Below are positions 25,375 to 38,709 of a stretch of DNA of 64,000 nucleotides, one piece after another. The notes below the pieces were generated by a model that was not told where the DNA came from, made no database searches, and saw only the letters and a list, made by a program, of their open reading frames with translations. The stretch is from Dicyema japonicum (Eukaryota; Animalia; Dicyemida). The stretch lies in assembly GCA_011109175.1 (NCBI GenBank), contig RDEW01000016.1:9743-73742 (forward strand), read 5' to 3'. Within the stretch, counting starts at the first letter, position 1. Every line of letters starts with the position of its first letter. The position numbers and the translations under genes are program-made.

Positions 25375-25711
25375 CTAAGCACAGCCAGACGTCCAAGGTT
25401 TTTGGGTGGTGCTGCGTGGTTAATTGGTTTAAATTTTCTGCTTGCTTGTCTGTTCCTCCTCTCTCTTCCTAATAGAGTGGCGTCATGTGATCCATCTGTC
25501 TAGGTGACGCCCAGTGCCAGGCCGGCATGAAAAAGGATCATTTGCTCTTCCCCACTCCACTGGAGGGGTTTCCACAACTGCATGTAATGGACGTCTTACC
25601 CTTTATGCTGATTCCGGATGGACTCTGTTTCTGTAGAAGTGGAAACTGGATGCACTTAATTAGTTGGTTACTTTAACTTCTTTCTCGGTGTATCCGGGGT
25701 TAATAAAAAAA
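25375..25711 (+). repeat. Interspersed repeat family A (most complete copy), poly(A)-tailed
   Basis: Homologous to 1-163, 38101-38330(-), 47615-47835(-); weaker matches at 29880-29940(-) and 33900-34300(-). Confidence 0.8.
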
Positions 25712-26499
25712 GGTTTTTGATGAAAATCAAGACTTTCGCTCATTGTCAAAAACTTCTTGTACGATATAAACGTGTATTTTATCAAAGTGAACTGATCGAG
25801 AGCCCTTGGCATTCTCCTCTTTTAAACTGAAGTCAATTTTAGAATTTATAAATATATCGGGACCGATGATAGCTATGTATCCAGATTCCACGGTTCCTAA
25901 GTGCATGCTATTCACAATTCTTTGCAACTTTAAATTAGCGACGTTCATTACTGGCGTTCCTATCCACATTGATAAACCTTTAACGACTCTTCAGATTTCA
26001 CAATTATTCTGAGGTGACAAAGTCTAATATTCAAAATTTCCGACCATTCAAAATAATTCATAAGCCAAATACAGTAAAGATCTAATTAAGTGTATACAGT
26101 TCCCCCAGTCGTAGTTGCAGAGATCGGGTTCTTCAGTTGTTGGAATCCAAAAAATGATTCAATGACGTCCAGTACTGAGTGTTTTCTGAGACAACTATAG
26201 CCCACGTGTGCAGCCCCATTTATCATCTGTCGCCACCCTGTTGAACAAAGAAAGGTACAGAGAGAGGAAAAACTATAAACCAAATAATACCATGCTACAG
26301 AGATGTCATCCCAACACTGATCTACCTAGTAAAGAGACTTCTTAAATGATTGAGCTAACGGAAAGACGTAAGATTAACGTTTATATAAGGAGATCCTCCA
26401 CTGTGGAAACCCTTTGGTGCAGTAAAGAAAGATGTGGTCATTACTAAAAAAAGTTGACAAAACATTTAAAGGAATTTTTTTTTGAAATTTGTAAAATTA

Positions 26500-27770
26500 T
26501 TAGGAAACATGAGTAGTTAATTACTGAGTCCAGCGAATATGATCGAGTGGCTGTTACCTCTGACTACTGCCAGGGATATCCTCTGGAAAAGCCACTCGGT
26601 TTCCCGACGCTCCCTCGAGGCTTTGGTCAATAGACACCCAAGTGCTCTAAGGAAAGAGACCTTTAAAGGAATTATTAGGCATTTTAATGTCAGCTAGAAT
26701 ATTATAGCGCACGTGTGCATCACAATTTTAAATGTCAGACACTATTTTAATCACTTCCATGCTCCTCGAGTGTTAACCAGTGATCTGAGAGCTCAGGCTA
26801 TGAGGTTTTAAGATTTCAAGTATTTAAAAGTCATTGTTTACTGCAACTGGCACAGTTAATCTTACCCTTCACGAAACAGCTCTCTTGGCGAGTCTTACAT
26901 GATTTGCTGTGGAAGTCGTACCAATTCCGAGATATGTCTGAACAGTGTCGAGCACGAGTCGTGATTTTCGGATTTATTGAGTTGTATCTGCACTATAGAC
27001 TGTAGTATTCCACATTCTAGAAGGCCAACTCGTCCAGTAAGTTTCCTAGGGTGACTCCTATGGAAGTAGTTCGACATTTCTGTTTCATCGTCGTGTTTGT
27101 TCAAGTCCAAGTGTTATATAACAGCATGAGTTTCAAGAAGTTGTACAACTCTACTCTGAGTTTAACACTGAAGTCTTTGGATTCAATCATCTATTATTAG
27201 ACTTACGCATTTCTACATTAGCCAACGTTTTTCTTTGAATGATGTCTTCCCTCTCTTATAGAGATCCTGATTCCACTTCTAGAGAATAATACTTATTGAT
27301 TTCTACAGGATCATCCGGTAAAGTGAGAGTCGTGAGCTAACCATGTACTTCCAGTTTCCACGGTCGGAGTGAGACACACTTTCCAAACATCGCGTCCTTC
27401 CAGTGGAGTAAGGAAGAACGAAATCCTTTTTGATCTCCGGGCGTCTCCTTAAACAGGTGACCAGAATTTAAGTAGGCAATGGGAAAAAAGGACTCTTTCG
27501 AAAGTATGTAGAGGTGTAGAAATCGAATCCGCAGCTAATCATAACAGTAATAGTTAGTTAAGTATCCCCAGCCTCACTAACTTGTAGGAGGCCAGCAGCT
27601 ATTAAGTAGGACGCAGCAGATGTTGGTCGCTCCCATAGATCGGTCAGTTCCGGCATTGTGGAGAAAAGTTGTCCCAAATTATTGACATTGAAATAGGTGA
27701 TTTGTTTTCAGCACGTGGAGGTTGCAAAAGGGGCAGAGTATAACATAAGTTAAGAGATATGAGTGGTGCC
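26500..27770 (-). mobile_element. Degenerate Ingi/I-like LINE pieces; 27545-27770 encodes the C-terminal CCHC knuckle and has a (TAAC)n tail
   Basis: CPFCNLHVLKTNHLFQC...LTDLWERPTSAASYLIAAGLL; homologous segments at 29995-30200(-) and 39125-39235(+). The 26500-27480 part is only tentatively assigned. Confidence 0.55.
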
Positions 27771-27938
27771 CACAACAGTAATGGTAAGCTACTTTGTCTA
27801 AAATTATTCTTCTCAAACACTAAACAATTCTCAAATTATTTTTATTTAATTATTTTTTATTTAATTTAATGCAAAAATAAAATTAAGTTTTAAAAATTAC
27901 ATGGCGGATTTTATTTTTGTTGGTGTTTAATTTCTTAA

Positions 27939-28837
27939 ATGGTCAACATTATACTTAAAAATTGTAAAGTCTTCAAGAAATTACTTGAATATATTCGAAA
28001 TGTAGCGACACATGGATACTTGGAGTTTTCTTCTCAAGGTTTAGAAATTCAGGCTACTGATTCCGAAAAGCTCAGCTTGATTACCTTATACCTTGATAAG
28101 TCTTTTTTTCTACGATATCACCACGACAAGGATCTCATCATCTGTGTAAACATGGCCCAGTAGACTGCATATTTCATTCCAGCTTTTGCCTCCTTTTGGA
28201 GTGGTTCGGTGATGACGGTCCTGTTAACATCCAAGCAAACGATACTGTAGGGATTGTGATTTTGATGGTCGGAGGTGAATCTATATTTAAGTTTAGAGGA
28301 GTCCAGTTCATTTTTAAAATTCCAACTCCCGTCCAATATGATTGATGGGAATAAAATGGAGGTCGGGGTACCTCGAGTAAGTTTCTTGTAGAATATCGAT
28401 TATGATGCCATAATTGTCATGGATTCCAAGAGACTGGAAAAAATTTGTAACGACCTGGTGAATTTTTATAGCGTGTTATTTATCACGTGTGACGGGACCT
28501 CGGTTAATTTTGTGGCAATTTGTGACATTCTCAAAGGCACGTTTAATTTTTACATTTTAGTCCACATCAAGCTGGTCGAGAACCCCTCCTTAAATAGCGA
28601 CACATTCCTGTGTATTCACAAATATAAGACCCACGTCAAGCAAGGAGTGTACTTGAGATTCATGAGGGACTACACGCGTGCGGCGGCCTTTTCTAAGAAA
28701 GTAATACTCGGCCTGTCGAACTCGAATCCTCTGTGTATTTTGATGGCTAATTTCAAGTCTTAGAGTACCGAATGACCCCACGTAGTCAAGGAGTGAATTA
28801 TATTGGCTTTCATTTGACGCCCTATGAGAGAAATTGA
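27939..28837 (+). CDS. PCNA: Divergent PCNA-like sliding clamp
   Basis: Collinear with PCNA: FKKLLEYIR..GLEIQATDSEKLSLITLYL, GVP..IDY..IVMDSKRLEKICNDL, VYLRFMRDYTRAAAFSKKVILGLS..PL, EYRM..FHLTP; about five micro-introns. Confidence 0.82.
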
Positions 28838-28979
28838 ACTTTTCTTACTTTATTTATTGGATATGCTTTTATTTGAATCTTCAAGCTGACTGAGGGTAGT
28901 GTTGCTAGCTGTGAGTTCGATTCCGACCTGTTCGAGGGTTCAGCTCTGCTCTATTCTTTATGAGAGTAATTAGAATTTT

Positions 28980-29480
28980 AGGACAAACGGAGGAGAAGGA
29001 GAGATATGCACATTGAGATCGCTTAACTATAGGATAACCCCATACATTCTAAATCTATCATTCGTGGTTATCAACGTTGTTGGTAACCCCCATAGAATTA
29101 TCTGTAGGGTAGGTCGTTTTTGGGTACAGTTGAGGCTGAGCGTCGCCATAGCAACTGAACCACATAAGGCTATGAATGAAACTTTTGATTGGTGGATTAT
29201 TCGAGGACAATTCTAAAAATTTGGAATCACATAAGTATTTGGGTTTAATTTTTACCGAGTGGTCTTTGGGTTCTTTATTTAAAAAAACCGAGGGTATTTC
29301 CAATGAGATCCACTTTCCTATCATGTTTGCCTTATTCTCTGAGACAGCTCTACGTGAACTTAAAGCAACAGGATGATGAGGATTTTATCTCGAATGATAG
29401 AGAAACACTTACCCCATTATTGAAGACAGTCTGGGAACTAGATGCCAACAGTTAAGATTACAAATTGATGGAATGCACAC
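28980..29480 (+). mobile_element. Degenerate LINE reverse-transcriptase fragment
   Basis: HKYLGLIF thumb-like motif; multiple stops. Confidence 0.4.
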
Positions 29481-29994
29481 AATTTTGAGAGGAGTACTAA
29501 AAGATTGGGATTTTCGGGCATGTTCCTGGAGATCCCTGCTAACGTACCCACGGAGGACTACTTTACTTCTAACTCTCCTCGTTTCTGTGATTCATCTAAG
29601 ATCACACCCTACAGGTTGTCTTTAATCTCAGAGATTGGTAGGACCTCGAGAGAAACGGGAGACATCTCAGAGATTGGTAGAACCTCGATGGCTAGTGATC
29701 TGGGACTAAACAGATAAAAGTGAAAAAACTATTCTATTCCATTCAAATTGACAGTGTCATTCAAAATGAGAATAGTATTTCTCAAATGGAGCAGTGTCAT
29801 TAAAATGAGTATTTTTAACTCTTAAAATCATTATTAAAATTTAAGCGCTTTCCTCTTCTAGTTCATTCATATCAACATTGTGGGAACACCTCCAGTAAGT
29901 AGGTGTGATCGAGATCCTTTTTTATGCCAGCCAGAAAGAGGAGAGAAAACGTCCTGTTGCCACTACAAAGCGAACTTTTGGTATTGCTTGGTAA

Positions 29995-30300
29995 AGGAAT
30001 AAGTTAGTTAAGTAACGCCGCCCTTACTATCTTTCAGTAGACCAGCGGCTATTAAGTAGGAAACAGTAAATGCCAGTCTCTTCCATAGAAAGACATTCAG
30101 GCATTTTAGAGGAACATTGTATTAACTCAGGACATTAAAAAAGATGGTTTTCTGTCAACTCGGAGAGGTTATGAAAGAAACAGAGCATCTTCCAGTTTAC
30201 AAACATTCGTTGACAGAAAGGGTGGTGGCGCATCGTAGACGAGCCAGCTTTATCCGGACGTCCCTCAGAAAGAGGAATCCAATCTTTAAAATTAAGTAGG
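29995..30300 (-). mobile_element. Ingi/I-like LINE 3' end with (TAAC)n tail
   Basis: Homologous to 27545-27770 (AGTTAGTTAAGTA..CAGCGGCTATTAAGTAGGA..CCATAGA). Confidence 0.6.
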
Positions 30301-30473
30301 GTCAGTTAGCTCAACTGTAGACAGCTGTCTACATGAGCAGGTGACCCACAAAACAAAAAAAAAAACCTAAATCAGCTATGCTACACGACAAAACTAAGCC
30401 TAGCCAGCTATAAAAGTCAGAAAATAAATCGAACCAGTAAACCAAAAAGCAGTGACCGAACAACATTAAAAAA

Positions 30474-31725
30474 TTATGCCTAATAATAAAGACACTAAAT
30501 ACCGTAGGAGCACCAAATTTTTTAGAAAACTTTTCCAAAAACTCCTTCACTTTTGGATTACTTTGATATTTGTACAGTGACGCAGGGTCCTTTTGCATGT
30601 CCATCAGTGCAGCCATGATCTCTGGGTCCTTCATAGCCTCCATCAATTCGGGGTCCTTCAGGATGTCACTAAAATTTCCCATTCCCGGCATTCCTTCATC
30701 TTCTACGGTAAACAACTCAAGATACCAAAATCTCCGGTAAATTGTTCGGCATCTTCTTGCATTTTTCGTTTATGCTCTTCCCTCGCTTTGGCAGCACGTC
30801 GTTTCCTGTCGTTGAATTCCTTGCTTTGAGTCCGAACTTGCTTTCTTTGCTTATACTGTCTTATCTCCTTTACATATAGCGCGATCTCCTTTAGCCAAGA
30901 ATCAGTTTGCTCGTCGAAATCAATTTTACAGGCAATTTCAAAGTCACTCGCAGCCTCTTCCAGCTGTAGAATACATCTAAAGGCTATCAGCTAACGCCTT
31001 ACCGCTTAGCCCTGCCTCTGTATTTAAAGGCAAGGGTGCAGTCGGGGTTTATTTTGAGTGCATTGTCGCAGTCAGAAATGGTGGCCTTGGGTCGATTCAA
31101 GTTAAGGAGAGCACTAAATTGACACCAAATAACCAAACAAAGCACGTTTGGCGTAAAAACTGGCCACGGTGGGGTTACAGTTAAGTGCCTCGGTATAGAG
31201 TTGAACAGCTTTCTCCCAGTCCTGACTCTTAGCTGCAACATTTGCTTCTGAGGCTTTGGCAAATGCCTCATCACACATTTCCTCACTGATCTGACGAATA
31301 TAGAAGGATTAAACCTCTTCATCTTCATGATGGGGGACGAAAGGCAGAACCGGTTCGTCCTCGATCGACATCAAAGCAGAAATTTCATGGACTAAAGGAA
31401 TCAAATCATCCAAAAGCTCTACCGGGTTCCTCTTCGCTTTCTGAGGACTGGACGGGCTCCTCATTCTCTTTAGTCGGTTGACTAGTCTCAAAATCCATCG
31501 GTTCCTCATAATTTTGTTCTTCCGGCTCGGCTGACTCCTTACTTCCATTCTCGGTTTTTATAAGGGGAGGAATTTGTGCCCCAAAACTAATGTTTTAATT
31601 CAAAGATACGATTCCATAAAATTTTTGAAAAAACACAGTTTAGGATGGTGAAAAATCTGCGGATTATCACTGCAGTAGTTTGTAAATTTTTCAAGAAGAT
31701 TCAACTGTTCGTCAGTGAAAATCAT
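30474..31725 (-). CDS. ST13: Hsc70-interacting protein HIP/ST13 (dimerisation domain, TPRs, STI1)
   Basis: LEKF..C..NPQIFHHPKL.FFK.FMES.GA.IP; TPR KAVQLYTEAL..NP..YAKRA, KYRGRA; GMPGM, LKDPELM.AM.DPEIMAAL. All introns are GT-AG, 23-31 nt. Confidence 0.93.
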
Positions 31726-32229
31726 TCTGCAAGATAAGGCAACGTCACACCTAAAAACCGAACAAATAAGATAATGTGTCAAATTAATTTAATGGTTAGC
31801 CAATAATTAAATAAATTTTATGAGACTAAACCAGTTTAATAAAAATATTTTAATTTTTAGATTTTTTTCTTTCCACTTTAGAATTTACTATATCGACTCC
31901 CTGATCGCCACGTAAAACCAACATTATCTTGGCGCTACTTGATTGAAGTTATCTGTCTGTTTCGTCTGTTCCACTTCTCCCCCTTTTTCTCGAGTGACGT
32001 CATTTAATCGACCTGTCTAACAAAAATAACTCCCTGTGCGAATCCATTCACTCTTTTTCACTCCCCATGATGTGGCAAGTCTATTAAATTGCTACGTCCC
32101 ATTCGTGCCTGTGGGTCTGACTGTGTCTGTGCTATTCACCTAAAGCACTTAGGGCCTCAGGCACAGATCTTGTTATCGAGGTTATATAACTATTCAATCA
32201 ATTCCCAGACACTACCAAATTTTATTTAA

Positions 32230-32480
32230 ACAATAGAAGTCAGGTAGTTGCCGCCCTCACTGCGTGGCTGTTCCCTCTCAAAATTGCGAGCGAAATTCGC
32301 TCAAATAGCAGCGGCGTTCACGGAGATCTCCAGTGCATGAGGTGATCCGGTTTCCAAGACGTCCGAAAAACTCGAGTGTAGAGGGGGAGTAGGATCCGGA
32401 AGTCTCCATAGCAAGGGGAACAAATTTGACATCATCGGGAAGGTCGACGTATTTAACGAGTTTGGCCTTACCAAATATAT
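32230..32480 (-). mobile_element. CRE 3' fragment (RLE C-terminus)
   Basis: KYVDL..KFVPLAMETSGSY...RITSCTGDLRERR..RGNS. Confidence 0.8.
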
Positions 32481-33700
32481 GGAAGAATTCCGTAATAAAA
32501 CCAATTTTCAACCTGGAAAACCAAAAGACCATCCATCCTCCTATCGTCCTGTCTCCATAACTGCTGGGAAGTTGGTATTAGGTCTCAGTTTACTCTGTTC
32601 ACTACGGAGAGGAGATTTAAAGGTGGACTCGAAATTTTCTTTGGAAACATCTCTGTTCCTTTACGGGAATCCAGAAGATCCTTGGAATACTTTTCGACTC
32701 TCTAATTACGTTTTCCATTCAAACGAAAAAGTGTTAACCAAGGGCTTCGAAGTTGAACGTTCTAAACGCTATCATTAAGAGATCCTCCTTCCACCTAGCT
32801 TGTATCAGTAGACTCTACCTTTAAGTTGTGCCGACAATTGAATATGGCTGTTCTGTCTGGAGATTTGCCCTTCTCTCTTCGAGGATTGAGCGCATTAAAC
32901 TCTCTCAGGTGTAGAGCTACATGGCTCATGAAGGAGCACCGACAGTTCATTCATCACCAGTCTCCTTTCTGAGGAGGCAAAGCTGAGAAATTGCCAGGGT
33001 TTCATACACTTTTGCAAAAAGCTAGGAAATCCATTCAGAGAAAAGGTTGCTCACGCAAAGGAATGGACCATAAAGAAGGACACCTCGATAGAATTCATCT
33101 GCAGTCAAAACAGAAGGCACTTCCGGAGGGCAGTTGGGTCGCTAGTGGAACATTCGAGGAGAGTTTAGTTGATGTTGGTGACTGGAATCATCTATTCCTG
33201 CGTTTCTACGAAAAACCAGGAAGCCCACCTAGAAAGAGTTACCCATGGGAGAAATCGGGGGAAAGACACTTTGATCGAGTTCTTTTGCAGAAATTCGAAA
33301 AGACATTTCTTAGAAGCGTTAGGTTTGCTGGCGGACTCTTGAAGAGAGTCGAAAGTTACTGGAAGCTAGGATCACTAACTTGGAAGGTTAATAAATTAAA
33401 TTGGGACCAAAAATCACCACTAAGAGAAAGACACTGTTATTGAAAGATCCAAACCAAGTAGTTAATCGGATGGTTGAGGTGGTGACATTCCTCTATTATA
33501 AAATGTCTTCATTTGTTGAGCATTCAATGGTCGTTAAATAAGTCATCAATATGTCTGGCCAGCTAACGTGGTGGTTATGCCTCTAACAATGGTCATTGGG
33601 TCATTTAACCCGTTAGTTACTAGGTCTGTTTCACATGATCTATTTATCCAAGAGGTGCCAAGTATTAACTCTCCCACCGCACAGGGTCATGGTGGTTTTG
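32480..33700 (+). mobile_element. Degenerate Ingi/I-like LINE RT region
   Basis: PGKPKDHPSSYRPVSIT (RT domain 1) and VVPTIEYGCSVW; many stops and deletions. Confidence 0.65.
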
Positions 33701-34852
33701 GGTTTACATGTATTGGAAGTATTGTCTCTCTGCAACCATGAGAACTGGAAGACGCCATTATTTAATCGCTGTCAACTTTATTCAGTTTATTATTAATTTA
33801 TCCTCAGTGAAGTGAAGAAAACCTGCGTCTAACAAAAAAGTAACTCCAGAATTAGTTAGTAGCCACGTATTTTGTGTGGAGAGGACTAGGACAAAAAAAG
33901 AGGTTGGTAATCTTGTGGTCGTTTAAAAGGTTGTATGGGCTCCGATTTTGTTTATGTAGCCGTGTAAGCCAGTAAGGTGACAGCATTGGAGGCACACCAA
34001 GTGAGAAAGAACTTCCCGAAGAGGAAAATTATACCACAGCTTTTGAACCCGGTCTTGGATCCTTATGGATGAGGCGGTATCTTTACAATGCGTACCTATA
34101 CAAGACCGGGCAGGCAAAGTTTTCACTTTTCATTTTTTTAACTTGATGACCACAGGACAGATCATCTTTTTTCGTGTCCTGGCCCGCCTTCTTTTTCTCC
34201 TCAGTACGGGATCAACTTTTAGGATCTCTGTGGACCTCCGTCATCGGTAGTTACGTTCTTGTTACCACTGGTTTCCTTCACTTGAAGGGACCGCTATGTT
34301 CCACATAAAGTACTTGAAACAATTGGGTGTTAATGGAAAATGCTCATAAGATGACTGTTTGACTTCTTACGTAACCTATTCTGCGATAGCTTAGCAGTAA
34401 GGATTTGACCAAAATCTTCTCTAGGGGGAAACGAAGACACGGGGGAAAAATTTAGTATTCGTACCTGGATCCTTCCTGCATCCAGCATTTTCTAGTTTTT
34501 TATGACTTCTGATTCTATAACTTCGTCCATTCTCACGAGAAGAAAGACAAGAGTTTTTATCAATCGTAAAGTTAGAATCACGTACCCCCGAAATTGAAGA
34601 CACAGACAATAACCGCCAGTTTAGATAAATGCATGAAAATCGTTAACTACATTGTCAATTCACTAAATGTTCTCTTAATAAAAACAAAACGATTGATGCT
34701 GCGAATTTGTTGAGATTATAATTTATAATATTATTTTAAAATGAAAAATAATTTTAAAAAATTAAATCTAGAGCGTCCTTGTGGGTTAAATAATGGAGAA
34801 TTATTATTACAATCAAAACACTCCGAATTTAAACTACCAACAAAACTTTTAC

Positions 34853-35751
34853 ATGCCATTTCCAGGTTTCTCTTAAAATTAAACACAATATCTAGAAACT
34901 CATAGTACGCCACAAAACACGAACCAAGTTAATGCCTTCGAAAATATCGCCCTTTACGGTATTCAAGAGTCAATCAAAACGATTTCAAATACTTACACTC
35001 AGAAATATTTACCCCAAAGCTTCGTAATTCATCATAATTAAGATTAGGTTAATCTTTCTGGGCTAAAATACTACTTCGCTGTTGACTCTGCTTATTTGGA
35101 GAGCAAAATTAAGACGCTGTTATTCCCTTACTTAAAGAGAGTATTTCTCATTAAGCAGTTTTGCAGGATTGGGCCAGCACGTGTGACCACAATCAAATGT
35201 TGCCTCCTAAATTGGACAAAAATGCGCTTGATTTATATATTCCAAGTCCTCTTTCTCGTTTATACTTAGTAATGGGCTTCTTTACTTCATACTGTCCTGC
35301 TGCCTATGTGGAGGGCTCAATAAGGGGTATCTTGTATTGGGATTTTAGCTTCAACCCCGACCAGATTGCTGTTGGACTCAGTTTTTGGTCAGCCTTGTGG
35401 ATTTTGGAGGTTATGACGTTTTTCGTCTTTTCCGTTTTTCTCAACACCTCGTTGACTTTACTTGAAATCGTGTCCTTGACGGGTTATAAGTTTGTAAGGT
35501 TTTACTGTTGGTTTATGTGTAGTGTTGTCCTTCTCGTTGTTGGGGGTTTCTTACTGATGCCGTGGTTAAGGCCTGCCCTCCTGTTGATTCCGTTTTCGCA
35601 GTTTTACTTCAATTTGAGATCCTTGCGGGTCAAACTTCTTACAAATAGGACAAACGACTGTTTTGGATTCAAAAGGACCCACATTTGGATTATCTCCTTT
35701 TCCATCGCACAACCGCTTATATCGGGACTATATTACTACCGGTCTTATTAA
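34853..35751 (+). CDS. YIF1: YIF1 family ER-Golgi membrane protein
   Basis: LKYYFAVDSAY..K...LLFPY, PPKLDKNALDLYIP, GYKFV, RSLR; introns about 24-30 nt. Confidence 0.9.
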
Positions 35752-37399
35752 TATTCTATGATATTGTCTTAAGATTAGTAGTTTGTCTTGTAAGCAAGCT
35801 GTCTATGTATTCATTGGACGTATTTACTGTATTTACCGTACCCCCTTTAAACGAAGACTGGTCTAATCTGTATATTGGTAATTATTGGATAGTTGGACCA
35901 TCGAGATAGTCCTTGGTGCTCCGTGTATATTGTGGCAATTTTCTGGAAAGGGATGATTTTTGTAATTAAAGTCAGAAATTGGAGTTAGAGAGCCGAGGCC
36001 CTGACTGCTTAGGACTGCGATAGAAACCGGCTTGGATACTCAACAGAGTTTATTAAGTTTCCCTGAACGGGCCAAGATAGGATTTATAAAACATGGGACG
36101 AATGTCAAAGGGTTTTACATGTTTCCATGGCGGAGGAGAACGTCATTATACATGCATCTTTGGGAGGTCATTATACACGTCAATGTCTCGGCTTGTTCAG
36201 TGGATAACAAGCAACACTCTGAAATTGCTCGAAAGGAAGCTGATCGTACACGTGACATCCCACATTAGGTAATTTCATCCGGACGTTTTTATATTTGTAG
36301 CGGGAGATTCAGTTCGGCTGCTCCTTCTGAAATATTTCCCTGCTGCTCCAGTTGTACTTGCAGGTTTAATATTTTACTCCCTGAATGCTCTAATGATATG
36401 TTTGATATTGAAAGTTATTCCATAATAAGCTCACAGTTACATAAAATTACTATAAATCATCGAGACCGGAAGTCGAATCGTAGCTGAATCTTCTCAAGAT
36501 TTGAAAAGAAACCCTCGCTTTTTGAAGATTATTTCGGGATTCCACTACAATCATAGAAGGAAAAGAGGCATGGGCACATGGATTGTTTAATAGGACAAAA
36601 ACTCTCAGCTTCATGTTTACCAAGCTATTTTGAACCGTTACTCACAAAATCGATATTCCAGCACACAATTTAGATGAGAGTCTTTATATTAAACACAAGG
36701 AAATCACATTAATAGGTTTAAATATAAAATTGAATTGTGGATTTTTACTAAATATTCTGTTATTAATGAACTTTGTGTTCCAGTTCGAAAACTTGAAATT
36801 TTATCTCAAAATATAGTAATTTCTTTCGAATCCGCCATTCAATGCTCCAAAATACATTTCTCTCTACAAAATTTCAAAATTACAAATTCTCTTAAAAATC
36901 AATTTATGAATGTCTATTAAACGTGTTTGAGTTATTTTTAAGTGAGTGTGACGAAACGCACGATTAAAAATAAAAATTCAAATTATTAAATTTATTCACC
37001 AGACTGACAAAATGAGTCATGATAAGTGATATATTATTTTAGCAAACTTGGGAAGATAAGAAATTGACTGAATATAAAGCAATCAGAAGATGGGGATTTT
37101 TTGCAAGCAAATGACAGCGATATTGCGGCCTACGGATGAGAACAAATTTATCTAGATAAAAAATTTTTTAATATGAAAAAAGTTAATTAAAAACTTTATT
37201 AAAATATAGAATAATGTAATTCAAAAAGTTATCAGTTTAAAAATTTCGGTCTTTAGATAATAATTTTAGCATAAAAATCTTTTCTGGATAGATAATGTGA
37301 AAGGAGATTTTTTCAAATAACCGTATATGCATAGAGAAATATGTTGTTTTTCTATTTTTTATTAGAAAATAACTTTTAACTAATTAAAAAAATATAATT

Positions 37400-37565
37400 G
37401 AAACGAAAAAACTAACCGTTAGCATCTGCTGGCTGCTCTCCTAATTGAAAACGCATTTCCCCTTACGATTTGTAAGGAAATGCGCTCAATGAGCCATCTC
37501 CTTTCTCTCCTATCGTTTTTCTTCTTCGCGATGATCGAGCCGATCTTGTTTAGCAGGGTTAGTGA
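37400..37565 (-). mobile_element. CRE 3' fragment
   Basis: LLNKIGSIIAKKKNDRRERRWLIERISLQIVRGNAFSIRRAAS, very close to the C-terminus of CRE copy 2. Confidence 0.85.
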
Positions 37566-37751
37566 CTGCTTCCAATTATTTTGTCGTTTCGACTGCCACT
37601 GATTCAAAGAACAAATTATTTAAAAATTTATTAATCAAAAATCTACACTTCAGATACTTCTTAATTCCAGCATAAATTGTTATTAAAAACAATTTTGAAT
37701 TTGTTAGCTGCGTCTTCTACTGTGAAAAAAGTCTTCCGCAATCCTTATTAA

Positions 37752-37980
37752 TTTACAAAGTAAAGTCTCTCAAATCCGCCAATTTTAACTAATAAATTAT
37801 CTAATCCGCCATTTTTTCTACAAAATTTCTCGAATCCGCCAGATTTTTTAAATAATCGGCCATGTCTCTTAATTTTAAATAATTATTAACACGTTGTCAT
37901 TGTTTATTATTGTTTTAATGAAACGTAACTGTACACGATTAAAAACAAACAAAAAATTGTTATTTTAAAGTTTATTGGCA
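37752..37980 (+). mobile_element. Left-end fragment of the pogo/Tigger element
   Basis: About 230 bp homologous to 39449-39670 (GTAAAGTCTCTCAAATCCGCCAA...TTTAAAGTTTATTG). Confidence 0.75.
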
Positions 37981-38038
37981 ATCCCATGAGCTTTTCACAG
38001 AGTTGAATTTTTCTTTTAATTTTTTTATTAACCGCAGA

Positions 38039-38099
38039 CTTTTCGTGTTGCACATGCTTTGTCATGATCTTGGCATCGAGTACGTGCCTATAATAATAA
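38039..38099 (+). repeat. 60-bp (TAA)n-tailed retroposed insert with 10-bp TSD, nested in a family A copy
   Basis: TSD TAACCGCAGA at 38029-38038 and 38100-38109. Confidence 0.85.
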
Positions 38100-38100
38100 T

Positions 38101-38330
38101 AACCGCAGATACACCGAGAAAGAAGTTAACAGTAAACTACAGTTAAGTGTATCCAGTTTTCACTGTTACAGAAACAGAGTACTTCAGCGTCACACAAGGC
38201 CATCCAGAACCAGCATAAAAAGTAAAAGACGTCCATTCCTTTAAGTTGTGGAAACCCCTCCAATGGATTGGAAGACAGAAAATGATCCTTTTCCTTGCCA
38301 GCCTGGCACTAGGGGCCACATGAGAGGTGG
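38101..38330 (-). repeat. Family A copy
   Basis: Reverse complement matches 25500-25705. Confidence 0.75.
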
Positions 38331-38709
38331 ATCAAATGAAGCCAAAATTAATGACATCATTACAGGGTTTCCACTTGATATTAGTCATTTTCCACATCAA
38401 TTAACTTGTTGTCCATTCAAACGAGTCAACCTTTGCTTTCAAATAAGTCACCTTATGATTGTTAATGAAATATTTAAAAACAAATTTATTTGTTAAATAA
38501 TAATACATAATTTAAAATATAAAATACGCTTTGTCATGGTGTATAATTTTTACTCACACAAACTTTTACTAAAAATCTTGGTTAACAAATATGTATGGTT
38601 TGTTATTATTTCGATAAATCTGTAGTACAACGAGGATGATATAATGGACTTGGTGATGCAATATAATATTTATTAAGTAACAGTGTTTCCATAATCCCCA
38701 TCGGAATAA

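Noticed and set aside
28900-28945. B-box-like GAGTTCGATTCC
   Set aside because: No A-box or cloverleaf; at most a decayed SINE trace.
29618-29690. 39-bp direct duplication; a similar 32-bp one lies at 54441-54495
   Set aside because: Simple local slippage; only two units with no unique spacers, so not CRISPR-like.
34731-34913. Minus-strand ORF MAYYEF...
   Set aside because: Overlaps the YIF1 first exon and AT-rich promoter; no motif.
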